Assembly (NCBI GenBank): GCA_964464975.1
Contig: CAYXKV010000001.1
Span: 457-64,456, forward strand
Source: an uncultured Candidatus Saccharibacteria bacterium
GTDB taxonomy: Bacteria; Patescibacteriota; Minisyncoccia; Phycocordibacterales; WO2-35-19
Direction of reading: 5' to 3'
Length of the DNA stretch: 64,000 nucleotides
Shown here: positions 9,509-19,287 of the stretch, one piece after another
Layout of the letters: every line of letters begins with the position of its first letter
Numbering within the stretch: the first letter of the stretch is position 1
Made by a program: the position numbers and the translations under genes
Notes under the pieces: model-generated
What the model was told of the DNA's origin: nothing
Seen by the model: the letters and a program-made list of their open reading frames with translations, nothing else
Database searches by the model: none

Positions 9509-10100
9509 TTTCATAGAACACTTGAAAAAAACGCGAGTTTTAAAGACCGAGCAGATTAAAAATGCTTTTGAAAAAATCGACCGTAAAGATTTCGTCGATC
9601 CGGATTATGCCGAAGAGGCTTACGAAGATTATCCGCTCCCCATAAGCTACGGCCAGACTATTTCACAGCCGACAACCGTTGCCTTTATGCTCGAGCTTTT
9701 GGACCTTAAAGGCGACGAAAAGGTACTCGATGTAGGCTCCGGTTCTGGCTACACCACCGCTCTTCTTGCCGAAATCTTAAACGTCGGCGGAGAAGTTTTG
9801 GGGATAGAGCTTATTCCGGAGCTTGCAGAAAAAGGGAAGAGAAACCTCAATAGGTATAATTTTAAGAATGCCAGAATCGAGCATGGCGACGGCAGGAAAT
9901 TCGATAAGGATGAAATGTTCGACCGCATTTTGGTAAACGCTGCATCAGACGACATACCGGCAAATTTTACCAAACTTTTGAAGCCCGGAGGCATTGTGGT
10001 CATACCAGTGAGACACTCGATAGTCAAAATCGAAAAGAATAGCAATGGCGACTTGAGCGGCAGGGAATTCCCTGGATTTTCTTTCGTCCCACTGAAATAA
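9492..10100 (+). CDS. pcm: Protein-L-isoaspartate O-methyltransferase
   Basis: AYEDYPLPI, QTISQP, VLDVGSGSGY, FSFVPL. Confidence 0.93.
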   Translation: MNTKSDFIEHLKKTRVLKTEQIKNAFEKIDRKDFVDPDYAEEAYEDYPLPISYGQTISQPTTVAFMLELLDLKGDEKVLDVGSGSGYTTALLAEILNVGGEVLGIELIPELAEKGKRNLNRYNFKNARIEHGDGRKFDKDEMFDRILVNAASDDIPANFTKLLKPGGIVVIPVRHSIVKIEKNSNGDLSGREFPGFSFVPLK

Positions 10101-10142
10101 CTTGTGCTTAGCACGTAGCACCTAGAAACTAGAACTCAGAAC

Positions 10143-10397
10143 ATGAGAGCTTTCAAACAAAATGTGCTCAATATTGTAAAGGGGATACCCAAAGGCAAGG
10201 TGATGACTTACAAGGAAGTCGCCAGAGCTACAGGCTCACCTCGGGCATATCAAGCCGTCGGAAATATTTTGAACCAAAATTATGATCCTCGCATTCCGTG
10301 CCACAGGGTCATCCGCTCCGACGGCAAAGCCGGCGGATACAACCGCGGGAAAAACAAAAAACTAAAAATCCTAAAATCAGAAGCGGTCAAATTCTAA
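10143..10397 (+). CDS. Methylated-DNA--protein-cysteine methyltransferase (short MGMT family)
   Basis: IPKGKVMTYKEVA, IPCHRV active site. Confidence 0.88.
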   Translation: MRAFKQNVLNIVKGIPKGKVMTYKEVARATGSPRAYQAVGNILNQNYDPRIPCHRVIRSDGKAGGYNRGKNKKLKILKSEAVKF

Positions 10398-10546
10398 AAA
10401 TAAAATTACAACTTTTTTACGATCGTAAGGATATTGTAAATGCATTTATACAAAATGTGCGCTTACCCGTCCGAAGTCTTGACGAAGGAGAGGCCGCATG
10501 AAAATAAGCGATTCTAAACCATTAATTTTTTTGGTAAGATTGCATT

Positions 10547-11152
10547 ATGTCGCAAACTATCGAGGAAAGGAGAGAAATGATGAGAAAAATAAGGGACGAA
10601 GTGGTCTCTCTCAAGGAGTCGCCCCTGTATGAATTCAGGATTGAGAACAAAAACCTTCCGGTTATCGGAGAGGGCAGCCATTTTGCAAAGATAATGTTTA
10701 TTGGAGAAGCCCCGGGCAGGAACGAAGCGAAATACGGCAGGCCCTTCTGCGGCCGCGCGGGAGATATTTTGAATGAGCTACTTGCTGGTGTTGCTATAAG
10801 AAGAGAGGATGTTTATATAACAAACATAGTCAAAGATCGACCACCTGCAAACCGGGATCCTTTACCAGGCGAAATAGAAATTTATGGACCTTTTTTGGAT
10901 AGGCAGGTTGAAATTATTGAGCCAAAAGTTATTGTTACACTCGGGCGTTATTCGATGTATTACATAATGCCCAAATTCGGTCTAGAATTTGAATTGGAAC
11001 CAATAAGCAAAAATCACGGCAAAGTTTTTGATGGGCAAGCCAGCTATGGCCCTATTAAGATCGTGCCTCTCTATCATCCAGCTGTCGCTGTCTACAATAG
11101 GCACACCTTGGATTTACTCAAAAAAGATTTTGAAGTTCTCAGGGAATTGTAG
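10547..11152 (+). CDS. Uracil-DNA glycosylase family 4
   Basis: FIGEAPG, GRPFCGRAG, TNIVKDRPPANRDP, LYHPA. Confidence 0.9.
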   Translation: MSQTIEERREMMRKIRDEVVSLKESPLYEFRIENKNLPVIGEGSHFAKIMFIGEAPGRNEAKYGRPFCGRAGDILNELLAGVAIRREDVYITNIVKDRPPANRDPLPGEIEIYGPFLDRQVEIIEPKVIVTLGRYSMYYIMPKFGLEFELEPISKNHGKVFDGQASYGPIKIVPLYHPAVAVYNRHTLDLLKKDFEVLREL

Positions 11153-11164
11153 TATGGTTTTCAC

Positions 11165-12973
11165 ATGAAGTATAAAACTGAGTGGGATCTGGGGTTAATT
11201 TATAAAGGAGATGCTAGCCCGCAGGTCAGAAAGGATTGCACCGCGATAAAGAAAGCATATCTTGCCTTCGCCAGGAAATACCGCAAGGACAAAAAGCACC
11301 TCAAGGATCCGAGGGCTTTGAGGCGTGCCTTTGAGGAATACGAAAGGCTTGGCAAAAATCCGGCAGGAGAGCGCCCGATAATGTATTTCTCCTACCGCAA
11401 GAGTCTCAATTCCCAGGACAATGAAGCGGTAGCAGAGCTTATGAAGCTCTCAGATTTCTTCGCAAATCTTTCAAATGAGCTCGAATTCTTCATGCTCGGG
11501 CTCGGCAAAGTCGGGAAGCCCGTGCAGAAAAAGTTTTTGAAGAGCAAAGAGCTTAAGCCGTTCAGGTATTTTCTTAAAAAGCTTTTTGAGAATGCGCGGC
11601 ACCATCTTTCCGAGCCGGAGGAGAAAATAATGAACCTGAAGAGTCTACCTTCGCATGGAATGTGGGTTTCCGGCTTTTCGAGGCTTCTTAACAAGCAAAC
11701 GGTGGTATTCGAAGGCAAGGAAATACCGGTTTCCGAAGCGGGGGTGCTCATCCCCACTCTCGACACTTCCAGGCGCAGAGCATTGCATCGCGACCTTATG
11801 AGGGTTTTTCAGGGTGTTTCCGACTTTTCAGAAAGCGAGTTGAATGCAGTAGTGACAAACAAAAAAATTAGCGACAAGCTACGCGGGTTCAGGACCCCAT
11901 ACGAGTCGACGGTCAAAACTTATGAGAATGATCTGAAAACTGTGAAAGACTTGGTTAGCGAAGTTACCAAAAACTTCCACATTGCACACAGGTTTTTCAA
12001 GATTAAGTCAGAGATGCTCGGCGAAGCGAGGCTCTCATATGCGGACAGAGCGGCGAGGGTGGGGGAAGCGCTTGTAAGGATGCCTTTCGAACAGGCGGTG
12101 GATAAGGTGATCAGATCCTTCAGGGAAGCTCACAGGGAATTCGGCGATCATATTGAAGAGATGTTCATAAACGGCGAGGTTGACGTCTTTCCAAAAAAGG
12201 GCAAATCAAGCGGAGCATTCTGCTCGTCGAGTTCCACTCTTCCGACATTTGTTCTCCTAAACCACGTGGACGACTTCCGTTCGCTTACTACTCTTGCCCA
12301 CGAGATGGGCCACGCTCTTCACAGCAAATATGCCCAGAAGCAAAGACCGATTTATGAAGACTATACCATTTCCGTCGCCGAAGTTGCGAGTACATTTTTC
12401 GAAAACCTTGTTTTTGAAAGCGCCATGGAGGAAGTGGGGGAGAAGGAGAGGATGGTCCTCCTGCACGACAAAATAAATGACGATATTTCTACTATTTTTC
12501 GCCAAATCGCCTGTTTCAATTTTGAAGCGAAACTTCATGAGACCATAAGGAAGGAGGGTTTCCTTCCAAAAGAAAAAATTGCCGAGATGATGAACAATCA
12601 CATGAAAAGCTATCTTGGACCTCGTTTCGATTTGGAGGCAAGCGATGGATATTTCTTCGTAAACTGGTCCCATATCAGGAGCTTTTTCTACGTTTACTCA
12701 TACGCCTTCGGCCAACTTGTGTCAGACGCTCTCTATGAGATGTACAGAGAGGATAAAGGCAACATCAAAAAGGTGATAAAATTCATGGAAGCGGGAGGTT
12801 CGGAAAGTCCAGAGAACATTTTCAGGTCGGTAGGCATAAATCCGGACAAGAGGTTTTTCGAAAAGGGTCTCAAGAAAATCCAAAAAAATGTGGCGCTCCT
12901 CGAGCGCCTTTGGATCGAAAATGGCCCGGACCCCAAATTTTTGACACCGATTCTGTATAATTATCAGCAATAA
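11165..12973 (+). CDS. pepF: M3 family oligoendopeptidase F; C-terminus altered by IS insertion
   Basis: HEMGH zinc motif, GKSSGAFC, AEVASTFFE, FYVYSYAFG. Confidence 0.88.
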   Translation: MKYKTEWDLGLIYKGDASPQVRKDCTAIKKAYLAFARKYRKDKKHLKDPRALRRAFEEYERLGKNPAGERPIMYFSYRKSLNSQDNEAVAELMKLSDFFANLSNELEFFMLGLGKVGKPVQKKFLKSKELKPFRYFLKKLFENARHHLSEPEEKIMNLKSLPSHGMWVSGFSRLLNKQTVVFEGKEIPVSEAGVLIPTLDTSRRRALHRDLMRVFQGVSDFSESELNAVVTNKKISDKLRGFRTPYESTVKTYENDLKTVKDLVSEVTKNFHIAHRFFKIKSEMLGEARLSYADRAARVGEALVRMPFEQAVDKVIRSFREAHREFGDHIEEMFINGEVDVFPKKGKSSGAFCSSSSTLPTFVLLNHVDDFRSLTTLAHEMGHALHSKYAQKQRPIYEDYTISVAEVASTFFENLVFESAMEEVGEKERMVLLHDKINDDISTIFRQIACFNFEAKLHETIRKEGFLPKEKIAEMMNNHMKSYLGPRFDLEASDGYFFVNWSHIRSFFYVYSYAFGQLVSDALYEMYREDKGNIKKVIKFMEAGGSESPENIFRSVGINPDKRFFEKGLKKIQKNVALLERLWIENGPDPKFLTPILYNYQQ

Positions 12974-13003
12974 TGTCTAAAAAATTAATTAACAGAATCA
13001 AAT

Positions 13004-13258
13004 ATGAAAATTCACAAAGTTGCCCGCGAGGTTAAGGAACAGATCCTCAACCGCATTAAAAACGAAGGGGTCTCAATTGCTAAAGCGGCAGAAGAACATG
13101 GCATATCTGACCGAACCATCCATGGCTGGCTCAGGAAAAAAGTTGAAGGGTATCCGGTCATGTCAGACGTGCTCAAGCTCAAACGAGAGAACACCGCTCT
13201 CAAGGAGCTCGTGGGTGAGATCACCTTGAAGCTTTCTGAAACCCAAAAAAAGAATTGA
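13004..13258 (+). CDS. IS3 transposase OrfA (HTH)
   Basis: SIAKAAEEHGISDRTIHGW HTH plus coiled coil; A AAA AAG slippery site at 13246-13252. Confidence 0.88.
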   Translation: MKIHKVAREVKEQILNRIKNEGVSIAKAAEEHGISDRTIHGWLRKKVEGYPVMSDVLKLKRENTALKELVGEITLKLSETQKKN

Positions 13259-14064
13259 TACAAGAAGAGAGCAAAACTTCCAAAACTCTGAGGGCCACAG
13301 AGTTTGGGGTCTCGAGGCAAGGTTTGTACTACAAACCCAAGAAACCGGACAAGGACTGGCAGCTCAAGTGCCGAATCGAAGAAGTACTTAGAACTCCGGG
13401 CAAACACTCGTACGGCTCCCGAAGAATCGCCTGGGAACTCAATATGAACAGGAAGCCGATCAAACGGATAATGAACCTTTTTGGCATCAAACCATATCGT
13501 CGCAGAGGCGGAAAATGGCTTAATACAAAGAAAATCGAGCACAAGTTCCCTAATCTCTTACTCACTGAATATCCATCGTGTCCCAACAAAATCTGGGTCT
13601 CGGATTTTACCTTAATCCAGTATTACAACCAAAAGATATACCTCTGCACCGTGATGGATTTGTGGAACCGAGAAATCGTTGGTCTCTCCGTTTTGACCAA
13701 CCACAGTCTTCAGCTTGTACTCAACGCTTTCCTCTCCGCTCTCCACAATCATCCGAGACCGGAGATCTTCCACTCCGACAACGGATCCGAATACGATGCC
13801 AAAGCTTTCGTCCAGATGCTAACTGAACTCAATGTTAAAATCTCCCGCTCCAAACCAGGTTGTCCTTGGGAGAATAGCTATCAAGAGTCATTCTACGACA
13901 AATTCAAAATTGATCTGGGAGACCCCAACCGCTTCGATTCCCTTGGCGAGCTCATCTACAACATCTATCATCAAATATATTTCTACAATCACGAGAGAAT
14001 CCATTCTGCTCTTAAAATGTCGCCGATTCAATTCACAGTTTTTTCCCAAAATGCTAAAATGTAA
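13255..14064 (+). CDS. IS3 transposase OrfB (DDE), fused to OrfA by -1 frameshift
   Basis: YGSRRI, WVSDFT, HSDNGSEY, ESFYDKFK, YNHERIHSAL; frame is -1 relative to OrfA. Confidence 0.92.
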   Translation: MIQEESKTSKTLRATEFGVSRQGLYYKPKKPDKDWQLKCRIEEVLRTPGKHSYGSRRIAWELNMNRKPIKRIMNLFGIKPYRRRGGKWLNTKKIEHKFPNLLLTEYPSCPNKIWVSDFTLIQYYNQKIYLCTVMDLWNREIVGLSVLTNHSLQLVLNAFLSALHNHPRPEIFHSDNGSEYDAKAFVQMLTELNVKISRSKPGCPWENSYQESFYDKFKIDLGDPNRFDSLGELIYNIYHQIYFYNHERIHSALKMSPIQFTVFSQNAKM

Positions 14065-14127
14065 TCATAGAATCAGTGTCTAAAGAAAAGGGTCCACTAC
14101 AAAACAAGAAATCCTTCTGAACAAGAA

Positions 14128-14748
14128 ATGAAAAATAAAAGAAATAAAAATTCGAAAAACGACATAAAGAAAATCGCGAACTTTCTTTTTGAAGTAGGCA
14201 TCTTAGCCCGTACCCCGCGCAGCGGCTTTCACTTTTTGGGAACCGGACACCAGACTGTTGCGGAGCACATAAACCGCGTTTCTTATATCGGAATGATGCT
14301 TTCCTTCATGGATGGCGGCGTAGATGTTTCAAAAGTCTTGCAGATGTGTCTGCTCCACGATATCTCTGAAACGCGCATTTCGGATTTAAATTACGTCCAC
14401 CAAAAATACGTCGAGCGCAAAGAGCGGGAGGCTCATGTCGATATTGCCAAAGCCGTGCCTTTTGGCGATAAATTCCTTTCGCTTATCGACGAATATGAGG
14501 AGAGGGGGAGCAGGGAAGCTATTTTAGTCAAAGACGCTGACAATCTGGAGTGGATTCTTGCCCTCAAGGAAGAGGTAGATACAGGTAACAGCCGCGCTCT
14601 CGACTGGATTGTCCCTGCAATAAAGAGGCTCAAGACTAAGGAAGGGAAAGCTATCGCAAAAGAGATAATGAAAACCGACTCCAACGACTGGTGGTTCGAT
14701 AAAAAGAGCCAAAAAAGCAGTTGGTGGGTTAATAGAAATAAAAAATAA
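14128..14748 (+). CDS. HD-domain hydrolase (YfbR/HDDC2-like 5'-deoxynucleotidase family)
   Basis: RSGF...TVAEH...LLHDISE...VKDADNLE. Confidence 0.82.
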   Translation: MKNKRNKNSKNDIKKIANFLFEVGILARTPRSGFHFLGTGHQTVAEHINRVSYIGMMLSFMDGGVDVSKVLQMCLLHDISETRISDLNYVHQKYVERKEREAHVDIAKAVPFGDKFLSLIDEYEERGSREAILVKDADNLEWILALKEEVDTGNSRALDWIVPAIKRLKTKEGKAIAKEIMKTDSNDWWFDKKSQKSSWWVNRNKK

Positions 14749-14751
14749 AAC

Positions 14752-15036
14752 ATGAAAATTTTTCAAATATTCGTGACAATTATGGGAGTAGTTATGTCTC
14801 TCGGATATTTCCCGCAAGCCTATAAAATATGGAGAAGTAAGTCTTCTGAAAATATTTCTATTCCAACTTTTGTAATATTCGCCATTGGAACATTAACTTG
14901 GCTCATTTATGGAATTTTGATAGATGACATCATTGTCATACTAGGTTTTGTAATAGGTGTGATTGGTTCCTGGTCAGTGTTGTCCTTGTCTATTTTTTAT
15001 AATAAGAAGAAAGAAAAACTAGACGATATTTCATAA
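14752..15036 (+). CDS. SemiSWEET / PQ-loop transporter
   Basis: 94 aa, 3 TM, FPQAYKIWRSKSSENIS, WLIYG. Confidence 0.82.
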   Translation: MKIFQIFVTIMGVVMSLGYFPQAYKIWRSKSSENISIPTFVIFAIGTLTWLIYGILIDDIIVILGFVIGVIGSWSVLSLSIFYNKKKEKLDDIS

Positions 15037-15107
15037 ATTGATTTTTGGCCCTATTTTTGCTTATTTCTAAGGCAAAGATATACGAAAAATATGCTATCTT
15101 AGTAGGT

Positions 15108-16916
15108 ATGAAATCGGAAGAAGTAAGAAAAAGATTTTTGGAGTTTTTCCGGAAGCGGGGGCACACTATCTTGCCCAGCGCCTCCCTTGTGCCCGAAAAT
15201 GATCCGTCTGTGCTTTTCACTACTGCCGGCATGCAGCCTTTGGTGCCCTTTCTTATGGGCGAAGAGCACCCCGGAGGCAAAAGGCTTGCAAATGTCCAGA
15301 AGTGCGTCCGAACAGGAGACATAGACGAGATCGGCGACAACACGCATCTGACTTTTTTTGAAATGATGGGCAACTGGTCGCTTGGCGATTATTTCAAAAA
15401 AGAAGCCATTCTGTGGAGCTTCGAACTTTTAACTGACAAGAAGGACGGCTTCGGGCTCGACCCGAGAAGGCTTTATGTCACCTGTTTCGAGGGCAATTCG
15501 GATGCACCCAAGGATGAGGAGTCTGCCGGAATTTGGAAAGACATTTTTGAAAGGAAAGGGATAAAAGGGGAGAGGATATATTTTATGCCTGCTAAAAACA
15601 ACTGGTGGCAACCCGGACCAAACGGCCCTTGCGGTCCGGATACCGAGATGTTTTATGATCTTACGGGCAAGCTCATAGAGGGAATGAACAAAGAGGAGTT
15701 CCTGAAAGCAGACGAAGATCAGAGAATCGTTGAGATCTGGAACGACGTCTTTATGGAATTTTTGAAAAAGGACGATCAAGTGGTCGGCAAACTTGAGGTC
15801 AAAAACGTCGATACCGGATCCGGGTTGGAGCGGGTAACTGCCGTGCTTCAAGGTAAAAGAAGTGTTTTTGAGACCGATCTTTTCGAGTCCATCATTTCAA
15901 AAATCAGGGAGCTTTCAGGAGTGTCAAAGGTGCCCTTTGACACTACGAAAGCGGAGAGAATAATTGCCGATCATATAAGGTCTGCCGTGTTTATGGTGGC
16001 AGACGGTGTAGCTCCTTCAAACACTGATCAGGGGTATGTGTTGCGCAGGCTCTTGCGCCGCGCCGTTAGATACGCAGATATTTTAGGATTTGAAAGGGGT
16101 GGGTTGAGTAAAATTGTCGATCCGATTGCAGAAAAGTACGGTGGAATTTATCAGAAAATCGAAAACCAAAAAACGAGAATTAAAATTGAAATTCAAAACG
16201 AGGAGGAAAAATTCAAGAAAACTTTAGAAAAGGGAATGAGGGAGTTTGAAAAGATCGTAAAAAACAAAGGCGGAATTTCAGGCGAAGACGCTTTCAATTT
16301 ATATCAAACTTACGGATTCCCGTGGGAGCTGACTAAGGAACTTGCCCAGTCAAAAGGGATTTTACTGATTGGGATCGGCTCCGGATTTGAGACAGAATTT
16401 AAAAAACACCAGGAGTTGTCTAGATCCAGGTCGGAACAGAAATTTAAAGGGGGACTGGGGGGGACTGGAGAAATGGAGACCAAGTACCACACCGCTACCC
16501 ACATCTTGAGACAAGCACTGGAGGATGTATTGAATGAAAAAATTACTCAGAAGGGAAGCAACATCACGGCTGAGCGGCTGCGGTTTGATTTCACCTTTAG
16601 TCGCAAGATGACCGAGGAGGAAAAGAAAAAGGTTGAAGACTTGGTAAACCAGAAAATTTCTGAAAATCTGCCGGTTAAAAAAATTTTGATGAAAAGGGAA
16701 GAAGCCGAGAAAACCGGAGCAGCTCACGTGTTCGGAGAAAAGTACGGTGATGAAGTGAGTATATACTATATTGGGGACACTCTCCACACCGCTTGGTCAA
16801 AAGAATTTTGCGGCGGCCCACATTCTCGCAATACCGGCAATTTAGGGAAATTTAAAATTTTGAAGGAAGAAGCGGTCGCCTCCGGCGTTCGTCGCATTAA
16901 AGCAATTCTCGAATAA
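15108..16916 (+). CDS. alaS: Alanine--tRNA ligase (short form without C-Ala domain)
   Basis: LFTTAGMQP, QKCVR, FFEMMGNWS, DTGSGLER, HTATH, EFCGGPH, ends GVRRIKA. Confidence 0.96.
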   Translation: MKSEEVRKRFLEFFRKRGHTILPSASLVPENDPSVLFTTAGMQPLVPFLMGEEHPGGKRLANVQKCVRTGDIDEIGDNTHLTFFEMMGNWSLGDYFKKEAILWSFELLTDKKDGFGLDPRRLYVTCFEGNSDAPKDEESAGIWKDIFERKGIKGERIYFMPAKNNWWQPGPNGPCGPDTEMFYDLTGKLIEGMNKEEFLKADEDQRIVEIWNDVFMEFLKKDDQVVGKLEVKNVDTGSGLERVTAVLQGKRSVFETDLFESIISKIRELSGVSKVPFDTTKAERIIADHIRSAVFMVADGVAPSNTDQGYVLRRLLRRAVRYADILGFERGGLSKIVDPIAEKYGGIYQKIENQKTRIKIEIQNEEEKFKKTLEKGMREFEKIVKNKGGISGEDAFNLYQTYGFPWELTKELAQSKGILLIGIGSGFETEFKKHQELSRSRSEQKFKGGLGGTGEMETKYHTATHILRQALEDVLNEKITQKGSNITAERLRFDFTFSRKMTEEEKKKVEDLVNQKISENLPVKKILMKREEAEKTGAAHVFGEKYGDEVSIYYIGDTLHTAWSKEFCGGPHSRNTGNLGKFKILKEEAVASGVRRIKAILE

Positions 16917-16988
16917 TTTTCTTTTAAGAATTTCAATGGTTTCCACAATTTGATTGAGGAAAGAGTAAAACGGCGCTATAATCGTAAT

Positions 16989-18416
16989 ATGCCAACAAGA
17001 ATCAAATTTGACGATGTCACTCCTCCTGAGAAAAGAAGTATTCGCAACATTCCCATACCCAAATCAAGCAAGCGCAAGCAGCCCATCATCATTACTCCGG
17101 AAAATCAGGTACAGCTGGAGCCGAAAAAGGATTTCATACCACTTAATCAGGTCAGGGAAGATATAGTGGAAAAGAAGGATCAGGCGGTCTACCAATATTA
17201 TTACCCGCAGGCTGAGTCGCCGGTCACAGAGAAGATCAACGAGTATGTAGAGAAACCAAAGAAAAAAAGGCGTTTTCTTTATGCTTCCATTGTAGTGCTT
17301 GCCGTCTTAGCTTTTATTTTCGGTATGATGACGGTTTTTGCCTCTGCCACAGTTGAGGTCACCCCGAAAACTCTGATTGTATCCGTTTCCGACCCGTTAG
17401 TCCTTGCTCTCGACAATACAGTCACCGGTGCGCTGCGTTATGAGGTCGTAAGGCTATCGAAGACAAAGACGGTCTCCCTCAAAGCCACCGGAGAAGAAGC
17501 CGTGGAAACCAAAGCAAGCGGTAAAATAATTATCTACAATAATTTTTCCGAAGAGCCGCAGAGGCTTATTGTCCGTACGAGATTTGAAACTCCGGAAGGT
17601 TTAATTTATAGGATTGCCGAATCAGTGGTAGTACCAGGCAAAACAGTCAAAGGCACCGTTGAGACTCCGGGGAGCATTGAGGCAGTGGTTTATGCGGATG
17701 AACCGGGAGAAAAATACAACATAGGTAAGACTGATTTTACAATTCCAGGCTTTAAGAATGATGCTTCGAGATTTAAATCATTTTATGCAAGATCGGCTTC
17801 AGATATGACAGGCGGCTTTATTGGCAAGCGTAAGACTGTTGAGACTTTTGAGAAGGAGGCGGCTTTCAAGTCGATCGATGAACAGCTGCGGTCTGAGCTT
17901 ACAATGGAGATGGATACTAAGGTACCGGAAGGGATGGTCATGCTTGACGGTTCCCAGATATTTGAGTCTTTTGAGTCATCTCAAAATGACGACGGCTCGT
18001 CAGTAACGCTAGGCAGGGAAGGCATACTTTATACTTTGATTATAAACGAAAAGGATCTTTCTGATAAATTAGTGGCTACTTATATGGCCTCTTTCCCCGC
18101 CTGGCAGGGCATAAATGCTAAAGTTATGGAATTTTCCGGATTAAAAATCTCAAAAAAGCCCGACTCCTTCGGTTCAGGAGGCAAAATAGACATTGAGGCT
18201 TCTGGGAGCGTAAAGGTAACTGCAGATTTGGCTACTGACTCAATAAGCGAAATACTTTCCGGCAAACCCAGAAGAGAGGCCGCTATGCTTATTGACGAAT
18301 TTGGAGGCATCTCAAGCGTCAAGACCACCATAAGACCTATGTGGAAGAGATCCTTCCCCGGTAATCCTTTGAAAATACACACAATTCTTACCTATCAGGA
18401 GTCTTCCCAAAATTAG
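16989..18416 (+). CDS. Membrane-anchored conserved protein with baseplate-J-like region
   Basis: Single TM, then ASGKIIIYN...VVVPG...ADEPGEKYNI; fold assignment from recall only. Confidence 0.55.
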   Translation: MPTRIKFDDVTPPEKRSIRNIPIPKSSKRKQPIIITPENQVQLEPKKDFIPLNQVREDIVEKKDQAVYQYYYPQAESPVTEKINEYVEKPKKKRRFLYASIVVLAVLAFIFGMMTVFASATVEVTPKTLIVSVSDPLVLALDNTVTGALRYEVVRLSKTKTVSLKATGEEAVETKASGKIIIYNNFSEEPQRLIVRTRFETPEGLIYRIAESVVVPGKTVKGTVETPGSIEAVVYADEPGEKYNIGKTDFTIPGFKNDASRFKSFYARSASDMTGGFIGKRKTVETFEKEAAFKSIDEQLRSELTMEMDTKVPEGMVMLDGSQIFESFESSQNDDGSSVTLGREGILYTLIINEKDLSDKLVATYMASFPAWQGINAKVMEFSGLKISKKPDSFGSGGKIDIEASGSVKVTADLATDSISEILSGKPRREAAMLIDEFGGISSVKTTIRPMWKRSFPGNPLKIHTILTYQESSQN

Positions 18417-18469
18417 CTTGACACACAAGGCTCAAATATGATAGCTTTGTCTTGTTGTTTTATTTTTAA

Positions 18470-18718
18470 ATGGCAGATAAAAAAAGGCAAGATGTAACGA
18501 TAGGCACGGTCACGGAGACGTTTCCAAATGCGCTTTTCCGTGTCAGAATCACCGAAAACGGCGACGAGAAGGTTATCTTAACTTATCTGTCAGGAAAAAT
18601 GAGGCTCAACAGGATCAAAGTCATTATCGGCGATGCTGTTGAGGTCGTGCTTGATCCGTACGGCGGGAAAGGCAGGATTGTAAGAAGACTCGACAACAAA
18701 AACACGGCCGTTAGTTAA
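18470..18718 (+). CDS. infA: Translation initiation factor IF-1
   Basis: [30 protein letters not shown]. Confidence 0.95.
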   Translation: MADKKRQDVTIGTVTETFPNALFRVRITENGDEKVILTYLSGKMRLNRIKVIIGDAVEVVLDPYGGKGRIVRRLDNKNTAVS

Positions 18719-18835
18719 ATGAAGGTAAAGGCTTCGATCAAGAAGATGTGTTCGAAATGCAAACTCGTGCGTCGACGCGGTGTTTTGTTTGTTATATGCG
18801 AAAGCAACCCCAAACATAAGCAGAGACAGGGTTAA
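18719..18835 (+). CDS. rpmJ: 50S ribosomal protein L36
   Basis: Hand-translated [38 protein letters not shown]; absent from ORF track. Confidence 0.97.
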   Translation: MKVKASIKKMCSKCKLVRRRGVLFVICESNPKHKQRQG

Positions 18836-18850
18836 AACAATATCAGAAGA

Positions 18851-19231
18851 ATGAGAATTTTAGGTATAACATTGCCGGACAATAAGAGAGCGGAGATCGG
18901 CCTTACGACCCTTTTTGGCATCGGACGTTCCAAGGCACAGCAGATTTTGAAACAGGCAGGTGTCGATTTCGGACTAAAGATAAAGGATTTAAATGAAAAC
19001 CAGGAAAAGGAAATAAAAAAAATTATTGAGACTATAAAGATAGAAGGTGATTTGAAAAGAGAGATTTCGGGCAACATAAAGAGGCTCAAGGATATCAAAT
19101 GCTACCGAGGAACAAGGCACGAAAGGGGACTGCCAGTGAGAGGTCAAAGGACCAAGACCAATTCCAGGACCAGGAGAGGCAACGTAAGAAAGACCATGGG
19201 CACAGGAAGAAGAGCCGTGGAGAAGAAGTAG
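18851..19231 (+). CDS. rpsM: 30S ribosomal protein S13
   Basis: [16 protein letters not shown]. Confidence 0.97.
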   Translation: MRILGITLPDNKRAEIGLTTLFGIGRSKAQQILKQAGVDFGLKIKDLNENQEKEIKKIIETIKIEGDLKREISGNIKRLKDIKCYRGTRHERGLPVRGQRTKTNSRTRRGNVRKTMGTGRRAVEKK

Positions 19232-19287
19232 CCCCACCACTAGCACCTGCCCAAAGAGGAGGGGATAAAAATATAAATTCAATAAAA

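Larger units (their letters stand above)
12922..14101 (+). mobile_element. IS3-family insertion sequence, 1180 bp
   Basis: TG...CA ends; imperfect IRs TGGCCCGGACCCCAAATTTTTGACACCGATTCT vs TGTAGTGGACCCTTTTCTTTAGACACTGATTCT; 3-bp AAA duplication at 12919-12921 and 14102-14104. Confidence 0.92.

Noticed and set aside
19099-19287. Long N-terminal extensions of rpsK (and of mltG, mnmA, alaS, rpmA) in the ORF track
   Set aside because: Artefacts of choosing the first possible start; downstream ATGs fit the families and promoter spacing.
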